A program made the translations under genes and the position numbers. A DNA stretch of 64,000 bases from Curvularia clavata (Eukaryota): positions 1,426,001 to 1,490,000 of the forward strand of contig CP089274.1 in the NCBI GenBank assembly GCA_023920165.1. Direction: 5' to 3'. The notes beneath the pieces were generated by a model. It saw only the letters and a program-made list of their open reading frames with translations. It had not been told where the DNA came from and searched no databases. Of the stretch, positions 26,829 to 38,346 are shown one piece after another (positions within the stretch are counted from its first letter, which is position 1; each line of letters opens with the position of its first letter).

Positions 26829-26854
26829 GGGCCAGGGCCGGGGCCGGGGCCGGG
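26829..26854 (+). repeat. GGGGCC-like G-tract repeat (potential G-quadruplex)
   Basis: GGGCCAGGGCCGGGGCCGGGGCCGGG: five G3+ tracts with 2-3 nt loops. Confidence 0.6.
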
Positions 26855-27420
26855 ACGCCAAGGCCCGGCGCCCTGGCCTGTCTCGCCGTCGACCTCATCC
26901 TGTGCATCACATCACTGCTCCCACCTCTCGCCATTCACTCTCTGCCGCCGCCCAAACCTCCATCCCTCCCCCCGACGCCCTTTCCATCGCCACACGTGTG
27001 CGACCGCTGCCGCGACCCTCTCTCCACCGCCCCAGGCCGACAATGCCATAGTCCTTCACACGCGCGCGCCCGACCTTCGCTTTCTTTCACCACCTGCCTG
27101 CTTTCGCCCGCCGCCCTCTCACCCGTCCTGCCCTGCGCGCCTCGTCGTCTTGCGCAACGAGCATCCACCCGGAAACACGCCCAACTGGTCGGACCCTTTC
27201 CCTGTCGCCGCTGATACTGCCCTGCGCGTCTCAGGAACCTCTGCCCGACTTCCCAACACATTCCGGGAGCCATCATCTACCCATCCGCACCAGCCTGTGG
27301 CTACCGCTGGCACACCCTAAACACCGCGACTGCGTTTTCTAGAGGAGGGCTAGGCGCGCGCAGAGCGGGTGCGGCCAAGGCGCACGACGGCTGCTGCTGC
27401 TGCTGGACTGGCGACGTAGT

Positions 27421-30400
27421 ATGCCAGGTATCCTCATCATGAACCACACCGCGTCCGACACAGCTACGGCCTCACGGGATGGCGCCACCATGAAGCGGAA
27501 TTATGACGGCAGCCTTGTCAATGGTGAACCCAGCGAGGCCGCCCTCAATGGCGCGTCCGCTGCCAGCACCTCGCTCGACAAGTACTCGGATCTACCTCCC
27601 GAAATCGCACACATTGGCCCCGAGCAGTACCATGCCCTCTCAAATCTGTTGCTGCGTGTGTCCCAGGAGTCATATAATGATCTGAGCGCAATTTTGCAAA
27701 AGATGGCCGCCCTACCCGTCGTTCCCATAGCCAACGGCGCCCTCCCCAACGGTCTCGGTGCAGCCAACATGCAGGCAAACGCAGAGTCGAACAAGAGGAA
27801 AAAATTGCTCCTTCTCCAGTTTGCCCAAGAGCAACGCTCCAAATTCATCAAGCTGCTGGTTCTTGCCGAATGGGGAAAGAAGGCTGCCTTTGACATCTCA
27901 AAGCTCATCGATTTGTTCTCTTGGGCCGGTGCCCAGGCCCGGAACATGGACGCGGCCGACGACCAGCTAGAGAGGATCAAGCTGTTCTCTAACATTGCGC
28001 GGGAGAACAACCCAGATATTGCCACAGCCCTGCAAGTGCTGTCCACTGGAAAAGCATCCTGGATGCCAAGCCTAGACTACATACCTCCCAAGCCCGTTTC
28101 TTCAGAAGAGGCCCTGAAGCTGCTGCGATATATGAACACCTCCCTCTCCATCCGTTTGAATGTGCACGAAAACCTACCACGACACCTTCGAAACTGGCGC
28201 ATACACTCTGGACGAGTAACCTTTGTCATCAAGGACCAACTGGAATTCGATGTCATGTCTTTTGTTGAAGACGCCTCCGAACAGTGGTTCCTCATCGATT
28301 TGCGATTGTTGTTCACCCCAGCGCCCACAATCACTGTCGGCAGCCGTTTCTTCATTCAACTCAAACAGCAGGCTGATTTCATCTTGAAAGACAAAGGCCT
28401 CACCGGTCTCTTTGACTTTCTGAACAACTTCGTTCTGACGCACAAAATCTCGGTGCTTCGATCACAGGCCGCTGCGCTTGTCCGTGCTGGATGGGCAGGT
28501 TCCATCAAGATCGAGCCCGTACATCGTCTGCTTGTCGTGCAATACTGGACCAATAAGCCTGGAAAGAAGAATTGGATCGAAATCGGCATCTCCAACAACA
28601 GGCTGCAGAACCCCAAAGCGTCATGGAGAGGACCGCCTATTCCTTCTCTGACCACACGATGGTTCCGCCAAGGGAAAGAAGTCAAGGACGCAAATTTCAA
28701 ATTTGATTGGACAAATCTTTCCATGGAAAAGGTCATCAAGCTTGTGATTGCGCGCCACACTAGCGATATACTGCAATCCACAAAGGAGAGTCTAAGGTCA
28801 GGACTTGTTGCAGATGCGGAACTATCCGAAGCCGAGCCGGCAGATTGCAAACTCAATGCATCTCTGGGCACCAAATCAGCTTCCGTCACCTTGTCGCTGG
28901 AACCGGTCACCGGCAATCACATCATTCGCCCAGCAAGCGCATTGTCAGCGCGGGCTGAGAACGCCTTCAACATGGGTAGGGAACCTGCACAGATGGCTCA
29001 TGTCATGACACAAGTACTGGCTGGTACGCTGCTTGGCTTGATTCAACGGAACGCGCAGCAACTCGGGTGGCAAGTGGTTGCAAGGCACGCTTTGAACGCG
29101 CAAACAGTCAAGTCCGCCGTCAAGCTGGATGTCATCTCATCAGCCCTTTATTGGCCTCATGGTTGGTCGCAAAACTGGGCCCTTGCAGCTATCATCGACT
29201 CTTCGGGAGAATCATGGTGGATCCTCGAGATTGGCTCGACCGGCAACAGCATCGAACATGCAGAACAAATCAGGATGAACCGGCCTGACGGGAGCTCCCT
29301 GCCCATCAACCGCAAGACTTTGGCAAGCTTGGAAAGAATCGCTGTACAACTTCTGTCCTTCCGTGTCACTGTTCGTCAACTAGAAAAGGAGAAGAAGATG
29401 TACTCTCTGGAGGAGGAGCTGGGAGAGACACCTGCTTCCGCAGAAGGGCGTCGCATTGCTCGCCGATGGATCCTGCGTGTGCAAACTCCCGACCTTCTTG
29501 TGTCTGGAGCAGGGCAGGACAAATGGCTGGAACGCAATATTAAGATCACATGTGAAGGCCTGAGAGTCGGAAGCCAGCACGTGTGGCACGTGGCAGCTGG
29601 AAAAATGGTCAAATCCGTTGCTGCAGACATGCACAAGCTCATGGCAGCTTCGCCCCAGAATACCTTTAAATTCTCCGACGATGGTAATTTTAGAATCCTT
29701 CTTTCTGTGCCTTTCGGACACGATATACTCGGCGAGCTTCGTGCGCGCTTACGAGACGTCAACCGCCTTCGCAGCTTTGCGACTACTCTTCAAAAACGCA
29801 AAATGCGGCTCGCATCATCCTCGCTACAGCGGGTCCAATTCATGTACGGCCCTTCGCCATATACTGCCACAGTCAATTTCAGCTCGGAGAAAGAAGTCAC
29901 CATCGAAATGTCGTCCAAGAACCCTCATCATCGAATTCTCGGTCTGCTCACACATATTGCAAATGACCGCCTGCCTTCTTTCATGACTCTGGATCCTGGC
30001 GACGCTAGTGGGTTGGACCGTTTCTGTACTACTCTTGTTCTCACGCGGCCCTTGTTCAAGGCCATCCGCGAAATTGAGCAACGGTCACCAGGTGATTGTC
30101 GAAATCCCGCCATACACGTCCACTCTATCCTCAAGTATCGTCTCACCTATGAGAATCCTGTCTGCACCTTTGACATACGCCTCCAGCCCAAGAATGACCA
30201 AGTGCTCTGGTTTGTTGAAGACAATCTGCGTCCCAAAGATCCCAATGTACTTCCTACGCCTGAACGTGGCCAAGGTCACAGGCGGCTTGACGTTCTGCAA
30301 GAAAAGCTAAAGGAGCTATTCAGTAGCAAAGGAAAAGGGTGGTTCGGAACACGCAATGGCATAGTTGCGGAGCTGGACGCAATACCTGACGCACTGCGGA

Positions 30401-30768
30401 AACTCGATGAATGTGTGCTGAGTTGCAAGATGGAAGGTGGATATGTTGCGCCCCCGCCACTAGAAAGGCCTGCGCAGCCATCCCAGAACCCGGGTCAAGG
30501 GATGCCGCAGACGAATGGGGTACAGCAAGGAAGCCAACAGCAGGCAAGGATGCAACAAGCTCAGCAACAAGCTCGCCAGCAACAGCAAGGGCAGCAGCAA
30601 CAGATGCGAAAACAGCAACCCAACCAGCAGCTCAACCAACGGTCTCAGCAACAAAATATGAGACAGCCTCAACAGCACATGCCGAACGGACGGCCGCACA
30701 TGCAGCAACAGCAGCAAGGCAGAGGCCGACCAGGACAGACGCAAAACAACGTCATTGAAATCGATTAA
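27421..30768 (+). CDS. MED14: Mediator subunit Med14 (Rgr1)
   Basis: 1115-aa single ORF: LPPEIAHI, QRSKFIKLLVLAEW, NPDIATALQVLSTG, GRVTFVIKDQLEFD; Q-rich C-terminus. Confidence 0.93.
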   Translation: MPGILIMNHTASDTATASRDGATMKRNYDGSLVNGEPSEAALNGASAASTSLDKYSDLPPEIAHIGPEQYHALSNLLLRVSQESYNDLSAILQKMAALPVVPIANGALPNGLGAANMQANAESNKRKKLLLLQFAQEQRSKFIKLLVLAEWGKKAAFDISKLIDLFSWAGAQARNMDAADDQLERIKLFSNIARENNPDIATALQVLSTGKASWMPSLDYIPPKPVSSEEALKLLRYMNTSLSIRLNVHENLPRHLRNWRIHSGRVTFVIKDQLEFDVMSFVEDASEQWFLIDLRLLFTPAPTITVGSRFFIQLKQQADFILKDKGLTGLFDFLNNFVLTHKISVLRSQAAALVRAGWAGSIKIEPVHRLLVVQYWTNKPGKKNWIEIGISNNRLQNPKASWRGPPIPSLTTRWFRQGKEVKDANFKFDWTNLSMEKVIKLVIARHTSDILQSTKESLRSGLVADAELSEAEPADCKLNASLGTKSASVTLSLEPVTGNHIIRPASALSARAENAFNMGREPAQMAHVMTQVLAGTLLGLIQRNAQQLGWQVVARHALNAQTVKSAVKLDVISSALYWPHGWSQNWALAAIIDSSGESWWILEIGSTGNSIEHAEQIRMNRPDGSSLPINRKTLASLERIAVQLLSFRVTVRQLEKEKKMYSLEEELGETPASAEGRRIARRWILRVQTPDLLVSGAGQDKWLERNIKITCEGLRVGSQHVWHVAAGKMVKSVAADMHKLMAASPQNTFKFSDDGNFRILLSVPFGHDILGELRARLRDVNRLRSFATTLQKRKMRLASSSLQRVQFMYGPSPYTATVNFSSEKEVTIEMSSKNPHHRILGLLTHIANDRLPSFMTLDPGDASGLDRFCTTLVLTRPLFKAIREIEQRSPGDCRNPAIHVHSILKYRLTYENPVCTFDIRLQPKNDQVLWFVEDNLRPKDPNVLPTPERGQGHRRLDVLQEKLKELFSSKGKGWFGTRNGIVAELDAIPDALRKLDECVLSCKMEGGYVAPPPLERPAQPSQNPGQGMPQTNGVQQGSQQQARMQQAQQQARQQQQGQQQQMRKQQPNQQLNQRSQQQNMRQPQQHMPNGRPHMQQQQQGRGRPGQTQNNVIEID

Positions 30769-32070
30769 ATAATACATTGATTTGCAATCTTCCATCTGGT
30801 CCCGCTCTGTTCAGTTGACTCTTCTCCCTTCTCTCCGTTTAATCTTCCCATCAAGGAAGACCTTTCCTGTTTCATCTTCAACCGTCTTTCTGGTCCATCT
30901 GCACTTACACTCCAGGAAAGAATATGCAAAATATGGGCTTCTCTTTTCCCACCGGTACTGCGATAATTTCTGCGTGTCTTTTTCGATCTCAATGATTCCC
31001 CTCTGATTGATTCGTTTTATTTGAAAAATATCAGTCTGTCTTTCACACTTCGAGACTTCGAGATGTATGTGTAAATGGGAGTTTCTCTTTTTCCTTTTCG
31101 TCTGGCTAGTGCGTTTCTACGTTGCTGTTTGGCTAATCTCCCTCTGCGTGGGAGGTAGCCTCTTTTTTTTTCACCTGCGATTTAGGCGTATGATGGGCGT
31201 TTTAGTACATCGTAGACTGTGGAACGCATACTCGGCCCTGTTTTCAATTGTTCTGTTATGGAATGAAATGGGATTTATGAGATTAGGCCTGGTAGTGGAG
31301 AGTACCAGGAGTAACAGGATGAATAAAGAGAGATATCTGTGTAAGAAGAAAAGAGAGAGATAATAAGTCTCGTATATGTATCACAAGAAACATGCACAAA
31401 ATTTCTACATTTTTCTTGCTTGGGCAACTCAATAAGCAGGCTTCTTCTCACGTTGTTGAGGCATCACGCATAGGTCATAATGGATGGTCTTGTCCATTTG
31501 GAAGTTGTGCGTTTTGAGTGTTGCACTCTTTCTAATTCCTTTGTTGCGTGGGACTTGTGGAAGAATGATGCTAGGCTTGTGTCACAGTGAAAGCATATCA
31601 GGTGAAAAGAGGATGCATCAATTTGATCTGAGATGCATTACTAGGTGGACATGATTCGAGCACACATTGGGAAAGATGATGAGAGGACAATGACGCTATA
31701 CTGGTATTTATCTTGCGTTTACCGCGATGAAGCTCTGGCCACAGGGTCGGGTGTTGCAACCGTGAGTGAGTGGCTCATTTTCGAGTGCAAACGACCTGTT
31801 GTGGGGCTCTTCCTTACATAATGTCATTCCAATTTTATGAAATTTATCGTTGCCTAGTTATTGCGCCGTCCTAACGGTGCGGGGGTGATTGTTTTCGGCC
31901 GTTTGCTCTGCGACGGTGTCACGTGGACTGAGAGGAGCCACAGCTTTACCAACAGAAGAGATAAGAGCCTGCCAACAATTTAATTCGAACCGCTTGCAAC
32001 CTCGCCATCTCTCACTATCCAATTTCACTATCAAATCGCCCACAACCTTCTTAGTATACAAGCAGCAACG

Positions 32071-33014
32071 ATGTCTCAACCACTACCGTCTCAGTACGAC
32101 ATTGCCACGATGTCGCATCTTCAGTACAACGCTGCCACTGTTTCCGCACCTGTGAACCACCATGGTTACAACGAGGACACCATGAACGCCAATGATCTTG
32201 CCGCCAAAACGGCAGGTGTCAAGATCGACAACTTTAATTGGCTCCAGAGCACCAACAAGGTAAGTACACTCCATGTCAGTCCCGTCTTCACTAACAGTCC
32301 CAGGTGGAAAAAGTCAAGGGCTTAAAGGAACTCTGTGTTGGGAACTGTCGCCTGTTGTACGGCAGTGAGCGTTTCAAGTTCTACGGTAATTCATCCCCTT
32401 CTGTACCACGCAAACCCCACCATCATCATCACCCTATCCCCCATACACTGACATGGACCAAAGATGTTGTCATCTGCAACGACGAGGCCAGTAAGCGGTA
32501 CTGCGCCATCCTCACCTGCAACCAAGATGGGCAGACCAAGTTCCTGCGCACAGTCAGCGGTATGGATCCTGTCCTTGCCGTCCGCGAGCTCGTCGACGGT
32601 CTACAGAAGGATACATCAAAACTCTTCTGTAAGACACTCTCCCCCTCTCCATCATCTGAGCTCTTGCCTTATGACGAGCGCATAGATAAATACGCCGTCG
32701 GGTCGCAGCTCGAAGGTCAGCAGGGCTATACCAACCCCATGACCGGCCAGTTTGAACTTTCGATCACAGCCGTCGACAGGAAGATTCAGGGTCCCGTTGA
32801 TGATACTGCCGGTTTGATCAAGTCATGGACCCATGCTCCCGGCGGTGCGCCCAGAGGACCAAGGGGCTATAAGCGTAGGGCAGAGGGACAAATGGACCGT
32901 CCCCAGGCAGAACAACAGATGTACGGTCCTCAGGTGCAGCAACAGATGTACGGTCCTCAGACGGAGCAACAGATGTATGGTCCGAAGGCGGAGAACACCT
33001 TGAACTATGGTTAG
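32071..33014 (+). CDS. Hypothetical protein with C-terminal QQMYGPQ repeats
   Basis: Four exons with canonical introns (~32260-32303, ~32386-32463, ~32628-32686) keep one frame. No family recognised. Confidence 0.7.
32905..32988 (+). repeat. 27-bp coding tandem repeat, three copies
   Basis: ..CAACAGATGTACGGTCCTCAG.. repeated three times. Confidence 0.9.
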
Positions 33015-33334
33015 GCATAGGGAATACGTGCTCCTCTGCGAACACGAATCAGGGTATGTAAGACGAGAGATTTTCCTGGGTGAATGCTTTTACTTTTGAG
33101 GACGCATATCTGCGGCGATGGCACATGAACGCATATGAAGCAGACAGTTGTTTAATCGGCGGGAGTGGGGTTAATTCTGTGTGAGTGTGAATGGGTAGTG
33201 AGAATACATCTGCTTCGAAAAGCCCCACGTATCACTCAGGAAATTCGTGTAATGTGACCTGGAGTGTTTGGACCCTTCGTGACCTTGGGCGTCATCGTGG
33301 TATATGGAACAGAGGCTTAAGTGATGAGCAGGTA

Positions 33335-33391
33335 ACGCGTGAGCACGTGAGGTCGAGACTGACATGGCCATAGCGCTCGCGTCATGACGTA
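33335..33391 (+). promoter_or_regulatory. MCB (ACGCGT), E-box (CACGTGA) and CRE-like (TGACGT) cluster upstream of the DNA ligase
   Basis: ACGCGT at 33335-33340, CACGTGA ~33344, TCGCGT ~33377 and ATGACGTA ~33384, all within 130 bp of the ATG. Confidence 0.45.
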
Positions 33392-33460
33392 CTACGATCC
33401 TCCCCCGATAGGACTATATTGTTTATTCAACAGCACGCTGTGCAGGCATATAATCGCATC

Positions 33461-36112
33461 ATGAATAGTCCGTCGAAACGAAGAAAGAAGAACGATGGGT
33501 CAGGACAGCCAGTACCAATGCGCGGATTGGATTACTTCTTCGCAAAGCAAGCGGCGAAGGCGACACCCAAGGATGCGCCTACGAACACAGGCACCAGCGA
33601 AACACCCAAAGAGCAAGATTTTTCGGGAATGACCGACGAGGAGATTGCTCGCAAGCTTCAGGAACAATGGGATAAGGAAGATCAGGAGAGAAATCAGAAT
33701 TTGGCCCCTGTAAGCTCAAACGAGCTGTACGAAGAACCCGAGAAGTCAGCTACGAGTGCGGATGCGAAGAACGACCCAGACCGTACCGAGAAACCAGAGT
33801 CACAAATTCGCGATTTTCCTGTAAACGAGATAACCCAGTCCGTACCTGTGCCGAAAACAAATACGCTCACGCTGCAATCGACCGCCTCCGAGGAAGACAC
33901 CATAACCGCAAACATACCCTTTGACCAGAGTCCGCTTGACTTTGACCCTGCAGATTACATACCAGATTTAAAGAAGCATTGGGTAGTAGATGGAGGCCAT
34001 GCGACCTATGCACTGTTGACAAGATGCTTCATTCTGATCAACAACACTACCAGTCGCATCAAGATTGTAGATACGCTGGTCAACCTCTTGCGAACAATCA
34101 TCGAAAGCGACCCAAGTAGTCTGCTGCCGGCTGTATGGCTTGCCACCAACGCGATATCTCCACCATATATTGATCTCGAGCTAGGACTCGGAGGATCTGC
34201 GATATCAAAGGCGCTGAAGAAGGTGTGCGGACTAGATAATGCAAGCTTGAAGGCTTTAAGTAGCAAACATGGAGACGCTGGAGATGTGGCATTCGAGGCA
34301 AAGAAGAAACAGTCGTTCACCTTACGCAAACCAAAACCTCTGACTATCAAAAGCGTTTACGACTCGTTGGTTAAGATTGCGAACAGCAAGGGAAATGGCA
34401 GCGTTGAGAACAAACAGAGAATCGTCGAAAGATTGGTTCAGGACGCAAGAGGCGCGGAGGAAAGTCGCTATATTGTGCGGACTCTAGTGCAGCACTTGCG
34501 GATAGGCGCTGTCAAGACCACCATGCTGATTGCTTTATCGCGAGCATTCATGTTGTCGAAGCCTCCCGGCGCTGAATTCGAGATCCGCGACAGTAAAGCC
34601 ATGGCGAAAATGAAGAAAGAAGAGCTTGTTGAAATATATGGCAGGAACGAGGAAATTGTCAAAGCATGCTTCGCCAGACGACCGAATTACAACGACCTCA
34701 TACCCGTGCTCCTCGAGATTGGCGTCTGTGAGGAGCTACTCGTGCGCTGTGGACTGGCTCTCCACATTCCGCTCAGGCCCATGCTGGGCAGTATCACGCG
34801 CGACATGGGCGAGATGCTCACCAAGCTACAGGGGCGAGACTTTGCATGCGAATACAAGTACGACGGACAAAGAGCGCAGGTTCATTGCGACGCAAAAGGC
34901 AAAGTCACAATCTTCTCACGACATCTGGAGGTAATGACAGACAAGTATCCCGACTTGGTGGCATTGGTACCCAAGATACGAGGCGAAGGCGTGTCGAGCT
35001 TTATTCTCGAAGGTGAAGTGGTGGCCGTTGATCGAGAAACTGGCGACCTCAAGCCGTTCCAGACACTAGCCAATCGCGCAAGGAAGGATGTTGTAATCGG
35101 GGCAGTGACGATCGACGTGTGCCTTTTTGCGTTCGATCTCATGTATCTCAACGGCGAGGAACTTCTCAACCGGCCTTTTCGAGAACGAAGATCGTTACTC
35201 AGAAGCCTCTTTGTCGAGATCCCCAACCACTTTACTTGGGTCAAAAGCCTGGATGCCACATCAGCCGACGTAGAAGCCGTTCAATCGTTCTTCCAAGGCG
35301 CCCTTGACATAAAATGCGAAGGCATCATGGTCAAGGTCCTCGACAACCTCCCTAATCCTGACCTCCTCGCTGAGATGGACGAAGTAGGTATCGAAAAGAC
35401 GCCTTCACTGCCACCTACCCCCAAGAAGAAAAGAGCTACAAAGTCCAAAGCGAAATCTAAGTCTACGGATGCCGAAAAGGACGAAACAAAGGCCTCCTCT
35501 GGTCGTCGTAAAGCCCTGCTCGCCACATACGAACCCGACAAACGCCTCGACTCATGGCTCAAGGTAAAGAAAGATTACAGTACCACCTCGGAAACGCTCG
35601 ACTTGATCCCCATAGGCGCCTTCCACGGCTCCGGCCGAAAAGCAGCATGGTGGTCCCCCATTCTCCTCGCCATCCGCAACGCAGAAACCGGACAGCTCGA
35701 AGCAGTCACGAAATGCATGTCGGGCTTCACCGACGCTTTCTACAAAGCCAACCGCGCCAAGTACGACCCGGATGACCCGGACTCGACAACTGTGTTACCG
35801 AGTAAGCCGCATTATGTCGAGTACAATGGTGGGGCAGGGACGCCGGCAGTGTGGTTTGAACCGCAGGAGGTGTGGGAGGTAGCCTTTGCCGACTTGACAC
35901 TTAGTCCGACGTATACAGCTGCAATTGGGCTAGTGAGTGATGAACGGGGGCTGAGCACGAGGTTTCCGCGGTTTTTGAGGGTGAGAGAGGATAAGAGTAT
36001 CGACGAAGCGACGGAGGCGGAAGAGCTGGCGAGTTTGTATAGGAAGCAGGAGGCGAAGGCGCCGAAGGACGAGGGTGTCAAAGAGGTTGAAGATGAGGAG
36101 GATATGGAGTAG
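33461..36112 (+). CDS. ATP-dependent DNA ligase, ligase I family (probably the second, non-Cdc9 paralog)
   Basis: CEYKYDGQRAQVH active site, EGEVVA, FAFDLMYLNG, CEGIMVK, WLKVKKDY and RFPRFLRVREDK. Confidence 0.93.
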   Translation: MNSPSKRRKKNDGSGQPVPMRGLDYFFAKQAAKATPKDAPTNTGTSETPKEQDFSGMTDEEIARKLQEQWDKEDQERNQNLAPVSSNELYEEPEKSATSADAKNDPDRTEKPESQIRDFPVNEITQSVPVPKTNTLTLQSTASEEDTITANIPFDQSPLDFDPADYIPDLKKHWVVDGGHATYALLTRCFILINNTTSRIKIVDTLVNLLRTIIESDPSSLLPAVWLATNAISPPYIDLELGLGGSAISKALKKVCGLDNASLKALSSKHGDAGDVAFEAKKKQSFTLRKPKPLTIKSVYDSLVKIANSKGNGSVENKQRIVERLVQDARGAEESRYIVRTLVQHLRIGAVKTTMLIALSRAFMLSKPPGAEFEIRDSKAMAKMKKEELVEIYGRNEEIVKACFARRPNYNDLIPVLLEIGVCEELLVRCGLALHIPLRPMLGSITRDMGEMLTKLQGRDFACEYKYDGQRAQVHCDAKGKVTIFSRHLEVMTDKYPDLVALVPKIRGEGVSSFILEGEVVAVDRETGDLKPFQTLANRARKDVVIGAVTIDVCLFAFDLMYLNGEELLNRPFRERRSLLRSLFVEIPNHFTWVKSLDATSADVEAVQSFFQGALDIKCEGIMVKVLDNLPNPDLLAEMDEVGIEKTPSLPPTPKKKRATKSKAKSKSTDAEKDETKASSGRRKALLATYEPDKRLDSWLKVKKDYSTTSETLDLIPIGAFHGSGRKAAWWSPILLAIRNAETGQLEAVTKCMSGFTDAFYKANRAKYDPDDPDSTTVLPSKPHYVEYNGGAGTPAVWFEPQEVWEVAFADLTLSPTYTAAIGLVSDERGLSTRFPRFLRVREDKSIDEATEAEELASLYRKQEAKAPKDEGVKEVEDEEDME

Positions 36113-36543
36113 GTAAGATACGTCAGTCTCTAACGCTGTTTTGGATACCCTTGATGCAACATTAGTCACCAGGAATACAGAAAGCATGTTGTAGCGAAAA
36201 AAAAACACTCTGTAATTGACCATGAGTCGAAAGCTACTACGTCGCTCGGCTCATGATAACAGTAACTATCCCCTATCATCCAGCCAGCACCTGATAGCTC
36301 AGCGTGCGAAACGTCCAACGCCCCTATCTGTTTCTCCACAAAGAAACCAAGACAAGGTAAGCTGCGAATCCTCCGCGGGATACTTGCTATGCTGCACCGC
36401 ATCTCAGCACTGTAGACTGTGTGTGTATCACGAGTCCGACGTGCCGGCATGCTCCCCCTCCGCCATGAGACTCTGGTTGTCGTGGCGCTCGAAGCGGTCG
36501 CTCGGCGGGAGGAGCGGCGGTGGGCATGGCGTACTCCACGCGA

Positions 36544-37040
36544 TTAGAAGCCGTGAACCTTGATGGTTTTCGCATCAAGGCCCAGGCCCTCCTTCTTGTC
36601 GGTCAAGAAGTCCATAACATCCTTGCGCTGATCACCCTGCAACTGAATCACCTCTCCCATCTCGGTGTCTGCGACGACGGTGCCATTGCAAGCGAACTTC
36701 TTCTTGATGACTTTGAGAATCTTCTTCTGGTCAAACTTCTTGGGTAGGCCTTGGACCGTGGTTAGGGTCTTGCGACCATTGCGTTCTGTGATGGGTTGAC
36801 GTCAGCCTTGCGCGATTTGTTGGGCGGGGCCCAGATAGGGACCGGTGAGCGAAGGGATGAGCGCCGCCGATGTGCCTGTGGGAAGCACATGGTCGAGCGG
36901 ATCCCCAGCGAGGCGGAAGAATACGTACGCTGAATACGGATATGAATGTAATTCTGCTGGGCGGACTTTACTTCTCCTCCAACATCATCGACCTCCGCGA
37001 ACGGATCGAAGGACTTGAGATTCTGGATGTCCGTGGTCAT
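36544..37040 (-). CDS. SUI1: Translation initiation factor eIF1
   Basis: NLKSFDPFAE..YIHIRIQQRNGRKTLTTVQG..KKKFACNG..QLQGDQR..IKVHGF; intron ~36788-36927. Confidence 0.97.
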
Positions 37041-38346
37041 GAAATCGACTGGCGCGATTTGCTGGTGTATAAAAGGGCGAGCGTCTGGCAGTTCGCAGGT
37101 GGAGCGGGTGGATGGAGAAAAGGCGTGTGGATGCGAGAGAAGAGGAGAGAGAGGGCAGCGGTGGTTGGAGGTATTAATCGGCCCAAGGGTGGCGAGTGCA
37201 CCTGGGCAGCAACGGGGGCGCCCCGGGGCGGTCTAAGCCCCACTGCCAAGCCATGCAGCCAGGACCAGCACTCAGTCCCGACAGCACGCGACTGCACTAG
37301 CAGAACAGTTGCTGGCATCTTCCATTTACTCATTCTCTCATTCGCGCATAGCTGTGTATTACCCATTGCTCGTGAAAGCTTAGTCACCTCGCTACCCCAG
37401 ATGACTGGCATGAATGCACCCGCCTTTATTTAAAACATCATGCCATCGCCACTATGACGTTTCAGTATCTGTCACGCTACTTTGGGACATGGCCTGTCTA
37501 TAGTTATGGCATATGATGGACTCCACCTGACGGGATCGCCTGCCAGGTGCATCTGCATCTGCACCTGCATCCAAAGCGGCAGATCTCCCACAAAGAAGCC
37601 GGCTGGAAAGAAAGAGCACGGGAGCTTGGGCCATTCGGGTTTCGGAGTCCTCGTTCATCTTTCTTGTCGCAAATAGCTCAGGATGGCTAGTTACGCCGTC
37701 TCAGACCGTCAACGAACGTTTCAACATCGGGTCCCTCCAAATATGCATCCTCGACACAAGCAATCGCCATGCTTTGTGCACAGTTCATTAGGAACTAAAC
37801 CGCCAAGCTGTCATTCATAATGTGTCTCCACGGCAATGTTAGATTCTATTCCTGGACCACCGTCTTTGCTAATCAGACCGTGTCCTGCCACCGATACATA
37901 TCTTGCTTCACCCTCCATGCTGACAGGTTGAAGTCATTAGTCTAGACCCTAGCGCAGTGGTTGCTCACTATGTAGTCCAGTTTAACCTTCCTTGGCATTG
38001 CTCCTGATGCGGATTCGAAGCATGCCGAGCATAACGGGACTCACGGCAGCTGAAACAATAGCAGCTCCAACATGTTGTTCTCGCTATGTCCTCTGGCTCT
38101 CTCTCCTTCTCGTTTCCTCCGTTTTCTCCGAACGATTCAGCTGGGCTTCGTTCTCTTTCTTTCTTTGCCGTCGCCATGTCCAATTAGACTGCTTCTTTCG
38201 CATTTCTTTTATTCTTCCATTCGTGCTGGCACGCTTCTGCTCATAATATTAAGATCTTCTCCCAGAGTCAGACGGTCAAACTCAAATCCAATTACTCTCG
38301 TTAAGCTTCTGGATATTCTAAGCTTACCTTAATCCTTACCAACAAG

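Noticed and set aside
26777..27320. Overlapping 110-170 aa ORFs in GC-rich intergenic DNA (also 13.5-14.5 kb)
   Set aside because: Low-complexity products in several frames are expected from high GC and pyrimidine skew.
33321..33362. GTGATGA...CTGA C/D-like pair
   Set aside because: It is only ~42 nt, has no recognisable guide and overlaps promoter motifs.
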